Shown: positions 37,144-47,611, numbered from the whole stretch's first letter. The stretch is 54,934 nt of DNA, filler included, from Thelocarpon superellum (GCA_026025795.1; 3 parts of 3 records of this genome joined end to end with filler, not necessarily neighbours in it); one strand, 5' to 3'. Notes: generated by a model not told the origin, from the sequence alone. Made by a program: numbers and translations.

Positions 37144-39019
37144 ATGGATCGGATTTCCAGGATCAATGTCGCCCATCGGCTGGAGAAGCGATCGCTTCTC
37201 ATCGCCATCAACTGCGTGGCGGGGTTGTCCATCTTCTTCTTCGGATACGACCAGGGCATGATGGGCAGTGTCAATGTCTCGGTCGACTATGCCGTCAACA
37301 CGATGAAGTTCGGCTCGCTCGTATACAAGGACGGCGAGCCAACCGTCCAGGTCAACAACACCATCCTGCAAGGGGGTATCGTCTCGGTCTACTACCTCGG
37401 CACGCTCGTCGGATGCCTCCTCGGCGGCTGGATCGGCGAGAAGGTTGGACGAATCAAGGTCATCGCCCTGGGATCGATCTGGGCCGTGCTCGGGGCCTCC
37501 TTGCAGACGTCCGCCATGAATTCGAGCTGGATGATCTGCGCTCGAATGGTCAACGGCATTGGGACGGGAATGCTCAACGTCATTGTGCCCGTGTGGGTAA
37601 GTTGATCCTGCCTCGCCACAAATCCCGGAAGCCCTGCTAACCTCTGTACCAGGCCACGGAGACGGCACCTCATACATCGCGTGGTCAATTTGTCGCCATT
37701 GAATTCTTCCTGAACATCTTTGGCGTCGTCGTGGCCTACTGGCTTGGATTTGGATGCTCCTTTGTGGGTGGCGGCTACAGCCCCTTCGTCTGGCGCTTTC
37801 CCATCGCCTTCCAGATCATTCCGCTCCTCTTCCTCTTCATCGTTGTCTGGTTCTTCCCCGAATCGCCCCGGTGGCTCGTCAAAGTTGGCCGCGAAGATGA
37901 GGCACGTTATATCCTGGGTCGTCTCCGGGGCAGCACCGGAGAAGAAATGGAGCTGGCCGAGGCCGAGTTCCAGGACATTCGCAACATCGCGGAGCTCGAA
38001 CGCAAGGCGGGAAAGTCTAATAGCTACTTCCACATGTTTTGGGACGTCATGCCGCGCAAGATTGGCGGTGGCAGCTCAGGCTCTCTCCACATCGGTCGCC
38101 GGGTACAGCTGGTCATCTGGCTGCAGATCCTACAGGAGTGGATTGGCATTGCTGGCGTGACCATCTACGCCAACGACATCTTCACGCAGGCGGGGTACAG
38201 CCTTCAGAAGTCGCGGTGGCTCGCCGGACTCAACGACATCTTCTACATGTTCTCCACCCTCGTCGCCGTCTTCACACTCGATCGGCTCGGACGGCGATGG
38301 ACATTGTTCTGGGGCTCGGCGTGGATGGGCATCTCCATGTTCTTGTCCGGAGGCTTGTCGCGACTGGCCATCGAGAACCCGGATAAGGCAGCAGAGTATG
38401 GCGCCGCATCGGCGGCATTCACCTTCATCTTCACCGCCGGGTTCGGCGCGACGTGGCTGACAGTACCATGGCTGTATCCGGCCGAGATCTTTCCGCTCCA
38501 GGCGCGAGCAAAGGGAAACGCATGGGGGGTGGTGGGATGGAGCATTGGGAACGGGTGGACGGTACGCTTTCGACCACTGACGTCCTACCGTCCCCATTGC
38601 GAAGAACCTTGATCTTACTGACTTGTGCGCAGGTGCTCCTCCTCCCGCTCTGCTTCAGCACGATCCAGGAGAAGACCTTTTACATCTTCGGCATCACGAA
38701 CGCCATCAGCATTCCGATCGTCTGGGCGCTATACCCCGAATCAAGCCAGCGCACGCTCGAGGAAATGGACCTTTTGTTCGCCTCGAACTCATGGTGGAAC
38801 TGGGAGGCGGAGCGCAACTACGAGCGGCTCAAGATCGAAAACCCGGGCCTGGTCCAGTCGGCTCGTCGCGGCCAGAGCATCGTGGATCCCGAGACCGGCA
38901 CAGACGTCGCTGGCTTCAATGAGAAACCGCGCGGCTCCGCGGACTCTACCCTCGCCCCTACCCGTGCCGCGCCTGCCAGCTCGCATGGTAGTGACGAGAA
39001 GGCTGCGCCGACGCGGTAA
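37144..39019 (+). CDS. MFS sugar porter (Stl1/hexose-carrier-like)
   Basis: Motifs FFFGYDQG, GEKVGR, WRFPIAFQ, PESPRWL, DRLGRR and PWLYPAEIFP..RAKG. Introns 37597-37652 and 38562-38632. Confidence 0.93.
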
Positions 39020-39213
39020 AGCGCCAAGTATTGTCACACAATGGTCATACCCCGAAGATCTCAGGTTTCCACAAGCTTTTGTCTCTTTTCTGGTGTTGTG
39101 GGCTTTCATATTTCCAAATTGTGGATATCACGCCCGATATGAGCAATAGGACGGAATTAAACTGCACCATCTTGGTCTTCTCGAGAATGAGCGTCTTGGC
39201 CACCTATCGATCT

Positions 39214-41058
39214 CTACGCCCTGAACGGCTGCCCACCTGGCCCTTCGGTGCCATCCGGAAGAGCAGACTCCCTGCTGCCATCGGCGTTGTACGGCACAGA
39301 GGGGTGGCGTCCCAATGTGAGAATAGTTGTTATCGCCACCGTCGCCGGAGGGACACCGCATTGAATCGTGACGGGTCCCCCCACGAGCGTAACATTGTAG
39401 CTTGGATACTGGCGGCCTGCGACGTCCGCTAGCACAGTGCACGTGCGGTCCTGTGAGGCGTTCAGCCGAGCCCATACCTGTGCCGCCGTCTGATTCAGAT
39501 CCGGTACGTTAATAAGCTCGCGCTGGACGGAGAAGCGAGGGAAGTCGCATTGATGCGCCACCGCAGGGGCCGTGCACTTTGTTACGTCGCTGCATGGTTC
39601 GACTGGTCGACACGAGATCACTGCGGCGTGTTTGCTAGTGGTGGTGTCGTCGGTGCCGGAGCTGGCTACGTAGAAGGCCGATGCCATATCCGGGATCGAC
39701 ATGGGGAAGCCGTCATTGAAGGCAAGGAGGAAGACGACGGCGTCGAAGAGCTCCCACCCGAAGGACCGCGCCAGCACGCCCGGCCCGTACAAGACGACGC
39801 AGTCGGGCCGCCCAGGCTGGCCGTTAATGCCCGCCCTGCAGCGTTCGTTGCCGGTTGAGTCCGGGTTGCCGAACATGACGTGCTGGATCATGCGCCTCGC
39901 GTCTGTCAGGCCCGCTTGGTAGGTGGTGTCTGCGGCTGCGAGAGGAAGGACTGCCACAGAGGCGCTTGCGTTCGCGGCTTGCCATGCTACGGCCCGACCT
40001 GGAGCCGTGACGCCGTTGTGGACGACCTGCAGCGCGAAGCTGCCGTATGCCCCGCCTACTGCCTGGCCAGCTGTGTAGTCGAGGATAACGAAGGAGGGAG
40101 CTAGGGTCTCGGGGGATAGCTCTGCTGCGATGGCGGCTTGCTCGTCCACCACGGACAGTTCTGTAAAGGTCTGGTTGACCCGGTGCGCACATATTATCTT
40201 GGGTAGGAAGGCGGCGTGGGCCATGTGGGGCCTGGAAGGCACCGCAATTGGACACACCGCCTGATCTTCTGTCCAGGGCACGCGGGGGAGATTGCCCTCT
40301 GGCACGCCAGGCTCATCGTGATGGCAGTCGGATACGTACAGGTCGTATGTCGTTTGGTTGATCGACACGGGACGTGGATGTTGTGGGTCCGTGGTGTCGA
40401 ATATGGATAGTCGATCTCCGCCTACCCAGTACCACTCAGACACGACCTCTACGTGTAATGGAAGCATGGTCTGTGTTCGGTTGGAGCCAGCATTCCATTG
40501 GCTGGCTTGGGTGACAATATGCCTAAACGCGACACCGGGGTCGAGGTCGAGTCTGCCGGCCAACCGTTCGATGAAATTGTTGCAATTATTCGTCGACGCA
40601 TCATATCCAGGCTGCTGCGCGTACGCATCCAGCACCATACCGCGGCCATCGAGCGGGGCAACCAGTTCGGCGTTAGTGAAATTCACCTGACCGATGGGTA
40701 GGATCCGGCGAAGGCGTCCGGGAGGACCGTTCGTGCTGACCGATTGGCCAGTGTTCGTCCGGTTCCAGTCAAAGGCTCGAAGAACAACGGGACCGTTGAC
40801 GGTTCGGACGAGTTCGACATGGAGAGGGCCGTCGACATCGGTGCCATCGATGTGTATCGCCGAGTGTGCATTCCATGCGTCAGTTCCATCTGAAGCTCTT
40901 TTGGCCGTGAGGTAATCAAGGTCCACAATGATGGAGACGCTTCTGCCACTCGACCCCGCTGGAGACGCGCGTGCAGCGTGGTAGGAGGCAATGCCAGGTT
41001 CGGCGTAGCTCACCATCAGAAAAATGCAAAGGGCAACGGCCACTCTGATCGACTCCAT
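39214..41058 (-). CDS. Predicted secreted glycoprotein with a permuted papain-like (PPPDE/LRAT-type) motif pair and a Cys-containing C-terminal region
   Basis: Intronless, 614 aa from ATG 41058. Signal-peptide-like MESIRVAVALCIFLMVSYA, nine N-x-S/T sequons, and AHSAIHID..HVEL..YDASTNNCNNF. Confidence 0.7.
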   Translation of the reverse strand: MESIRVAVALCIFLMVSYAEPGIASYHAARASPAGSSGRSVSIIVDLDYLTAKRASDGTDAWNAHSAIHIDGTDVDGPLHVELVRTVNGPVVLRAFDWNRTNTGQSVSTNGPPGRLRRILPIGQVNFTNAELVAPLDGRGMVLDAYAQQPGYDASTNNCNNFIERLAGRLDLDPGVAFRHIVTQASQWNAGSNRTQTMLPLHVEVVSEWYWVGGDRLSIFDTTDPQHPRPVSINQTTYDLYVSDCHHDEPGVPEGNLPRVPWTEDQAVCPIAVPSRPHMAHAAFLPKIICAHRVNQTFTELSVVDEQAAIAAELSPETLAPSFVILDYTAGQAVGGAYGSFALQVVHNGVTAPGRAVAWQAANASASVAVLPLAAADTTYQAGLTDARRMIQHVMFGNPDSTGNERCRAGINGQPGRPDCVVLYGPGVLARSFGWELFDAVVFLLAFNDGFPMSIPDMASAFYVASSGTDDTTTSKHAAVISCRPVEPCSDVTKCTAPAVAHQCDFPRFSVQRELINVPDLNQTAAQVWARLNASQDRTCTVLADVAGRQYPSYNVTLVGGPVTIQCGVPPATVAITTILTLGRHPSVPYNADGSRESALPDGTEGPGGQPFRA

Positions 41059-41800
41059 CTTTGCTGCCGATCGTAGTTCTCCAGCAGGCCAATCGTCCCG
41101 CGGAGACTGCGATATCTTTACCATCACGCGACATAGTGGGGGGATACTTTACTTATAGATATGGTATGAAGACGGTACACTCATGAACAGACGCTACGTC
41201 TGATGAACTTGGGGAATCAGGGCGGCCTATTGTTTGGCTCAAGGTTTAAGGGTCAGTGAAGGACAATACTACGAGCGAAGAGGAAGGTCGTGATGGTCAC
41301 ATGGCCCGCGGTCAGACCGCATCGATAGCGACTTGCGGCAAGAAGAAGTCAAACGAGTTCTGGGGGAGCACCGCGTTATATATGGAGCTGATAAGCATCC
41401 AAACATGCGACGAAGCTCCCCAAGATATTCAGAGGCGGGGGCAGGCGAAATGCTATTATGTGCCATTTGCCATTTGGCGGTCGCATGCCACAAGTCTCGT
41501 TTCCTCTTAGGGAATAGTACGCTAGGGGAGGCTGACTAAGGAGTGTGACGGTAGAAGGTCGAGGTCGAGCATTCACCTCAAAGGCTCCCTGTGCTAAGAA
41601 AGACATCTATGCCCATGCTACAAGGAGGGGTCCAATCCACTTGAGAGGTGTCAAGGATCCTTTACGTAAGCTGGCAGGTATGCTGGCACCGAGGGCGGAC
41701 CGTCCGAGGTCCCAACCTTCACAGCTCCAGTGTCCAACGCATTTAGCACCAGCGGGTCCAGTACCTTTGCCAGCCTTGGAGACTCCTGCCTGGACTGTGT

Positions 41801-41856
41801 GATGTTCGATGTTCGATGTTCGACGTTCGATATTCGATATTCGATGCTCGATGCTT
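41801..41856. repeat. (GAYRYTC) x8 heptamer repeat
   Basis: gatgttc x3, gacgttc, gatattc x2, gatgctc, gatgctt. Lies in the divergent intergenic region upstream of the F-box gene. Confidence 0.85.
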
Positions 41857-42086
41857 GCATCATCCTCTTCGGTCTCTCGCCCTTCCTCATCTGGAAGGGG
41901 CTCACATCGCGAAGCCAGCAGGTGCTGCCGGCCTTTCCTCGTCGTTCGGATTGCAGTTTGGCAGGGTCGATCCGGTCAACGAAAGTGTTTACACACTCCA
42001 GTCGGGAATGACTTCGAGACTCATCTCACTCGTCATACCACGATGACCTCTCCGATGCTGGACCGCAACGCATCGCATCCATCGAT

Positions 42087-43079
42087 ATGACGGAGGAAGG
42101 CGGTCGACGAGAGTCGCACTCGGCCCCTCCTAGCTTACCAGAAGGGCCTCCTGGAATCCCCATCGCACCCATCCACCGACTCCCCCTGGAAATTCGGGAT
42201 ATCATCTGCGACTTCATGCCTGTCAGCTCCGTCCTCGCGCTCCGGCAGACGAATCGATTCTTTGCCGCATATGGAAGCTCAGAGTCTCCCGAGGAGCTGT
42301 ACAAGCAAGCGCGCGCCGACGTCAGCGGCGAGGAGCGCTTCAGTCTCGTGTGTTTTCGCGAACGGGATGCCTGGTATGGTCAGGCGAGCCATGGCGACAT
42401 GCCGCTGGCCTGCCGCGCGTGCATGATGTGCCATCCACCGGTCTGGTTCAACAGACCAATGCGGTCCGTGGTGCCGGATCAGCGACGTTGTCGGACGGCC
42501 ATGATATGCGCACATGCCGGCATCAGCTTGACTCGATATCGCAAGTTGCGTCGCGCTACGCTGGCCTCCCCATCTCGACGACTCTTGGTCCTCTTTCCCG
42601 ATTCTCAGGGCCGCGTAGCTCCTGGGCCAGTGCCGAATCATGATGCGTCCATGATGACCCCTTCGCTGACCTGGTCGTGTCACTGTGTGAGCTGGGAGAA
42701 GGAAGGGAGGGATACGGTCGTTCTCGTGTCAGACTTCATGGTGCCGGCGTCTCCGCTCAACATGCACTATCTGGGTCTTCGGCTCTCCTTCAACCCCTAT
42801 CAACCGGCCTCGGCCATTGTGCTTGATTCGCACGTCTTCTGCCCGCATCTCTCACTTCGCGTGATCCTCGAAGGCTTGCTGACCATAGAGGGGACCATAA
42901 GGCCTGGACCGGATACCTTTGTTACCTGCGAAGTCTGTCGAGCGAAGATGTTCGCGGTTCAGTACCACCACGATCATGCCTACCAATGGCTGCTGCTGCG
43001 GTGCAAGAAAAACCTGGGACATGGGACACAGGCGCTCGACCGGACTTGGTTGCAGAATTGTGGCGAGGTGTCTTTCTAG
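42087..43079 (+). CDS. F-box domain protein with a Cys/His-rich C-terminal region
   Basis: F-box motif IHRLPLEIRDIICDFMPVSSVLALRQTNRFF, then CRACMMCH, RRC, ICAH, FCPH and CEVC. Intronless, 330 aa. Confidence 0.75.
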   Translation: MTEEGGRRESHSAPPSLPEGPPGIPIAPIHRLPLEIRDIICDFMPVSSVLALRQTNRFFAAYGSSESPEELYKQARADVSGEERFSLVCFRERDAWYGQASHGDMPLACRACMMCHPPVWFNRPMRSVVPDQRRCRTAMICAHAGISLTRYRKLRRATLASPSRRLLVLFPDSQGRVAPGPVPNHDASMMTPSLTWSCHCVSWEKEGRDTVVLVSDFMVPASPLNMHYLGLRLSFNPYQPASAIVLDSHVFCPHLSLRVILEGLLTIEGTIRPGPDTFVTCEVCRAKMFAVQYHHDHAYQWLLLRCKKNLGHGTQALDRTWLQNCGEVSF

Positions 43080-43368
43080 GGAGCGAGCGCATAGCCACAG
43101 AAGAGTCCCTGTCGTTCCCAGAAGGAGCAATCGAGCGCCTTAGCATCAGCAGAGATGCAAGACCTCCTCCATCGCTGTAGGCTCGTCAACCCACAGACTG
43201 TAACCACCGCGGTCGCCTTCTAAACGGGGCGATATCTACCAGCCAGCCCTCCTCAACGCTGCGCGCTCATCGTTGCATCCATAGATCTCACGAAAATACG
43301 GGAGAGCCCGTGCCGATCGCTACATCACGCGGACTGATGAGCGTTCCATCCAACCCAACGTACCAACA

Positions 43369-43875
43369 ATGGACTGTCTCCAACTCATCATCTTTCTTGC
43401 CGCACTTGTGGTGGCCTTCGGCATCTCAGGACACGTGCTCGGCAGATGGACGAGGCACACGGGCACAGCATGGGAGCGATTGGTCGAAGCGCGGGACGAG
43501 ATGGAGCGGGCGCGGATGGAAATGGGCCGGGCGCGGGATGAAGTAGCTCGGGCGAGGATTCGGCCACACCTCGAACGACGTGGCGTCGACCCTGCACCTC
43601 TTCAAACCTGGCAACATCCCGTGATCGAGGACTTGCAGACTCCCCCACGACACCGAGCGCTTTTGAGTTCTCTCCTTTTCGGCGGCCGCTTGGCTCCGGT
43701 AGTGTTCGATGCAGCTTTCCATGCGAGGGACGACATCGGATTCCGTAGGCGTGGACGGAGAGACTCGGAACGTCCATCACGAACCTCAGCTCGGCCCCTG
43801 GCGACTTCTTTGGCGGACCTTTGGAAGGTAGGGAGTGTGAATGGGGAAGTGTGCCTGCATCGAGTATTGTTTTGA
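43369..43875 (+). CDS. Hypothetical small protein with an N-terminal TM/signal anchor and a heptad-repeat helix
   Basis: Good start context (acaATGg), hydrophobic LQLIIFLAALVVAFGISG and repeat EARDEME-RARMEMG-RARDEVA-RAR. No recognisable family. Confidence 0.4.
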   Translation: MDCLQLIIFLAALVVAFGISGHVLGRWTRHTGTAWERLVEARDEMERARMEMGRARDEVARARIRPHLERRGVDPAPLQTWQHPVIEDLQTPPRHRALLSSLLFGGRLAPVVFDAAFHARDDIGFRRRGRRDSERPSRTSARPLATSLADLWKVGSVNGEVCLHRVLF

Positions 43876-43903
43876 GAGCGATCAAACATCAGGCGCATCA
43901 TCG

Positions 43904-45780
43904 CTAGTAATCAAAGTTCTCAAACACAACCCGCTGCCCTTCCAGCCAGTCCGTGACGGTCTTTTTGAGCGCTGGCCCCGTACAGAGATACCAGGCCGAG
44001 ATGGACGAGTGGTCAAGGACCTGCAAATCCTCCTTTGCCATCCTGCGCCTCTCTACTTTGGCACCGGCCTGAGCGAGTTGTTGCAGCTTCGACTCCTGCT
44101 GTCTGGAGAGCACTGACGCCGCGCCAGTCACCAGAATGGTCGCCACGTCGGCTAGGCTCGGATGGCGATGAAAGGTATCGCTGACGAGATTGACGTCGTC
44201 GAGGCGGATGGCCCAGAAGAGGCGAAGATCCGAGAGTGTCAGCAACGGGAGCTGGGCCAATAAGGGAGTGATGCCGATGCCGCCCGCGATAAGGGGCATG
44301 ACTTCGCCGGCCTTTTGCTCGAAGATGAACTCGCCGCCGAAGCCGCGCAGGGGGATCTCCAGTTGAACGCGTGGCTCGGTCCGGAAGAGAAACTCCGTGG
44401 CGACCCCGACCTTGCGGATCGTGATCTCCAGCTCGTCCTCGTTGAGTTCCGGTGCGCCGGGGCTAGAGGATACGGTGAAGGTCCGGACGAAGTCGTCGTT
44501 GAGGCTCTTGGGGTCGTCATCTCGCATGTGGCTGTACCCCATCGACAGCTCGTCTTCGAGGCTCATTGCCAGGTATTGTCCGGCTTTCCATCTCCGCCCG
44601 GCCGCGGGTCCCTTCAGCCTCAGTCGGAAGCGGGCGATGGTCGGCGTGATGATCTCCTTTTTGATGATCATGGCCGAGACCTCGTTCGCATCTCCTCCAA
44701 CGGCCGTGTTGCGCTCTGTAGGGAGATATCGCACCGGCGGGTTGTAGGGAGAGAAGTCGCCCATCTCGCCGCGAAACGCCAGCCCCGTCTTGACGAATCG
44801 TGCCGCGGTCACCTGGACCTTGACCGCCAAGTTGGAGCGTGGAAGATAGTGTGCGGCATCGGGGCCGACTAGGGTTTCGGTGCTTCCTGTGATGTACAAG
44901 ACATCTCCGGAACGGTAGTCGGGAAAGCAGAGGCCGGCGACGGGGGTGTTTGCCAGGTTGCCCAGCGTTTGATACAGTCGGTTGCCCGAGTACTCGGGCC
45001 AGATGACCTGAACGTTCTGAGCCTTGTTGGAGATGACACGGACGAACCCCGGGGGTCCTCCTCGATGGTTCGTGTCCATGTCGCGGCCTTGGTTCGACGA
45101 CGACACGAAGAACATATCGGCAACGGCGAGCAGGTCGGTCGCTTCGTGGGGCAATGGTAGGCTATCGGATACCAGAACGGGATCTGGGAGGGCCGGATGT
45201 ATTCGTTTGATGTTAAGATACTTGGGGCAGTTCCCTAATGATGGTCAGTCATTCTCTTTCTCAGCAAGGGCGAGGACGTACCGAGACTCTGTTCCACCTT
45301 CACAGCCAATTGCAAATGTCCTCGTCTCCGCTTGCTCTGGTCCTTGACGCATTTCATCTCGCCGTCCACTACTGTGCCCGCCAATTTGACCCTCGTTCTC
45401 GTCTCCAAATCGATTGTCAGTCCGCCAAAGACCTTCCCCGCCACGCGAGCATGAACAACCTCCTCGTCCATCTCGCCGCCGTCCAGCAGCGCCTTGACAA
45501 CGGGATCGTGCTTCTCATCGATCAGCGCCTCCAAGGTAATCATCGAGTGCTTGGCAGGTCTCGAGAAACCCTTGGCGCCGCCCCAGAGCGAGGTCCATGG
45601 CCGTCCATGCTTGTCCAGGGTGCCAAAGGCAAGTAAAGGGGCGCGGAGGAGCATGAAGGCTGCGCCGGGCGTCAGAAAGGCCGAAGTGGGATTGTAGTCC
45701 GAAGGGACATGCAGCAGACGGTGCATCTCGTCTTCGCCGGAGTGCCAAGGCACGTCGACCTCTTCTTGAAGTTGAGCCAT
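43904..45780 (-). CDS. Flavoprotein with PNPOx-like FMN-binding split-barrel domains fused to an FAD/NAD(P)-binding FNR-like oxidoreductase
   Basis: Motifs PWHSGE, GTLDKHGRPW, QSLG|NCPKYLN, DTNHRGGPPGFVRV, YSGNRLYQTLGN, RTFTVSS and IAGGIGITP. Intron 45235-45281. Confidence 0.9.
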
Positions 45781-46078
45781 GTTCAAGCTCGAGACCGAGC
45801 GGAAAGATCACCGAAGATGCGGAATGCACAAGCTGGGGGTCATCTGAATTAGATGGAAATCCGCATCTTCTTTCCGTCTACATCAGTCGGACACCATATT
45901 CACTCATGCACGGAGGGTACTCGATCGAGTATTGCAAATGGTAGCAGAATCGTCACCTGAGTATCCGGTCCCCTGTCCGTCTGTGGAGAAGAGGGGCTGA
46001 TGGACGGGGATCCTCTCGCTTAATGGTTTACTAGTCGCGCCCACGGACGCAAATCTAAATAATTCCAAGTGTAGGAGT

Positions 46079-46103
46079 GGGCACGTGACCAGGTCACGTG
46101 CCC
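46079..46103. promoter_or_regulatory. Perfect palindrome carrying two GTCACGTG (Cbf1/CDEI-type bHLH) sites
   Basis: GGGCACGTGACC-A-GGTCACGTGCCC in the divergent promoter between the flavoprotein gene and IMP4. Confidence 0.6.
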
Positions 46104-46178
46104 TATCCTATTACTATCCCGACTACGCGTAGATTAGCAATTCAGCTTTGATTCCTACACAAATCATTATTCTGGGCC

Positions 46179-46305
46179 CAAGCTTCGTGTGATTCAAGCT
46201 TCGTGGGTTTCAAGCTCCGTGGGTTTCAAGCTCCGTGGGTTTCAAGCTCCGTGGGTTTCAAGCTCCGTGGGTTTCAAGCTTCGTGGGTTTCAAGCTTCGT
46301 GGGTT
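46179..46305. repeat. 16-bp minisatellite (CAAGCTYCGTGGGTTT) x8
   Basis: Units start at 46179, 46195, 46211, 46227, 46243, 46259, 46275 and 46291. There are no spacers. Confidence 0.95.
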
Positions 46306-46445
46306 CAACCTTTCCTGACCCCGAGCCTGTGATTAGATGAAGCTGACTAACGGGGTCAACGTCAGCCGCCATTCGAGAAATTCGACGGCACGACGTCCAC
46401 CAACTTGACGTCGAGGAGCGGTGAGCGGGACGGCTTGCAGAGACG

Positions 46446-47485
46446 ATGATCGTAAGTAGCCCCAGATCCATGCAGACAAGGATAGATGAAAAAAAAGCTC
46501 ACTCTGTCGCTGTACCATAGCGAAGACAAGCTCGCCAGCGGCGAGACTATCTCTATCGCCGAGCCTTGACGCTTCGAGATGCAGAAATCGCGGAGAAACG
46601 AGCGAAGCTCAAGGCGTCACTGGCGACGGGAAAGCCACTGGCGCCCGAGATCGCCAACGACAAAGAGCTGCGAAGAGACTACCGCTACGATGAGTCTCGT
46701 GCGGACCGCTCGACACAGGAGGAGCTGGACCTCGACGACGAGTACGCCCAACTGAGCGGCGTGGTGGACCCTCGCATCCTCGTCACCACCTCACGCGATC
46801 CGTCGTCGCGCCTGTCGTCGTTTGCCAAGGAGATCCGCCTTCTCCTGCCTACCTCCATCCGGCTGAACCGGGGCAATCTGGTGCTCCCGAACCTGGTCGC
46901 GTCTGCCACAGCGGCGGGACTCTCCGACCTCATCCTGCTGCACGAGCACCGTGGGACTCCCACCGCCCTCACCATCTCCCACTTCCCGCACGGCCCGACC
47001 GCGTCTTTCTCCCTCCACAACGTCATGCTGCGCCATGACATCCCCGGCTCGTCGCGCGGCACGGTGTCAGAAAGCTACCCCCACCTGATCTTCGAAGGCT
47101 TCACGACGACGCTCGGCCAGCGTGTCGTCAAGATCCTCAAGCACATCTTCCCGCCGCGGGAGGGCACCAGCAAGCTGGGCAATCGCACGGTGACGTTCAA
47201 GAACATCGAGGACAGCATCGAGGTGCGGCATCATGTCTTTGTCAAGACGGGGTATAAGAGCGTGGAGTTGGCCGAGGTGGGGCCAAGGATGACCATGCGG
47301 TTGTTTGAGATCCGTGGTGGCACGCTGGAGAACAAAGACGGCGATGTCGAGGTACGTCTGTCATCTTCCTCCTTGTTCGACCCATCTTCCTGCCTTTGTG
47401 TCGTGCAACTCACTGACATTGCCCTACGCTCTAGTGGCATCTGAATCAATACACACGCACAAGCCGAAAGAAAGACTATTTATGA
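46446..47485 (+). CDS. IMP4: U3 snoRNP Brix-domain protein Imp4
   Basis: [16 protein letters not shown] start, [38 protein letters not shown] and end [18 protein letters not shown]. Introns 46452-46520 and 47352-47434. Confidence 0.97.
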
Positions 47486-47539
47486 CGAAGAAATAGAGGA
47501 GAGGAGGGGCGAAGGACTTGTACCGGCGTCGAAAATGGA

Positions 47540-47611
47540 AACGAACGAACGAACGAACGAACGAACGAACGAACGAACGAACGAACGAACGAACGAACGA
47601 ACGAACGAACG
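47540..47611. repeat. (AACG) x18 perfect microsatellite
   Basis: Begins about 55 bp downstream of the IMP4 stop. Confidence 0.95.

Noticed and set aside
41801..41856. TTC-containing heptamer repeat as a heat-shock element
   Set aside because: HSEs need nGAAn units in 5-bp register, and the 7-bp direct periodicity does not fit.
46179..46305. Regularly repeated 16-mer considered as a CRISPR array
   Set aside because: The units are contiguous with no unique spacers, there are no cas genes, and the context is eukaryotic.
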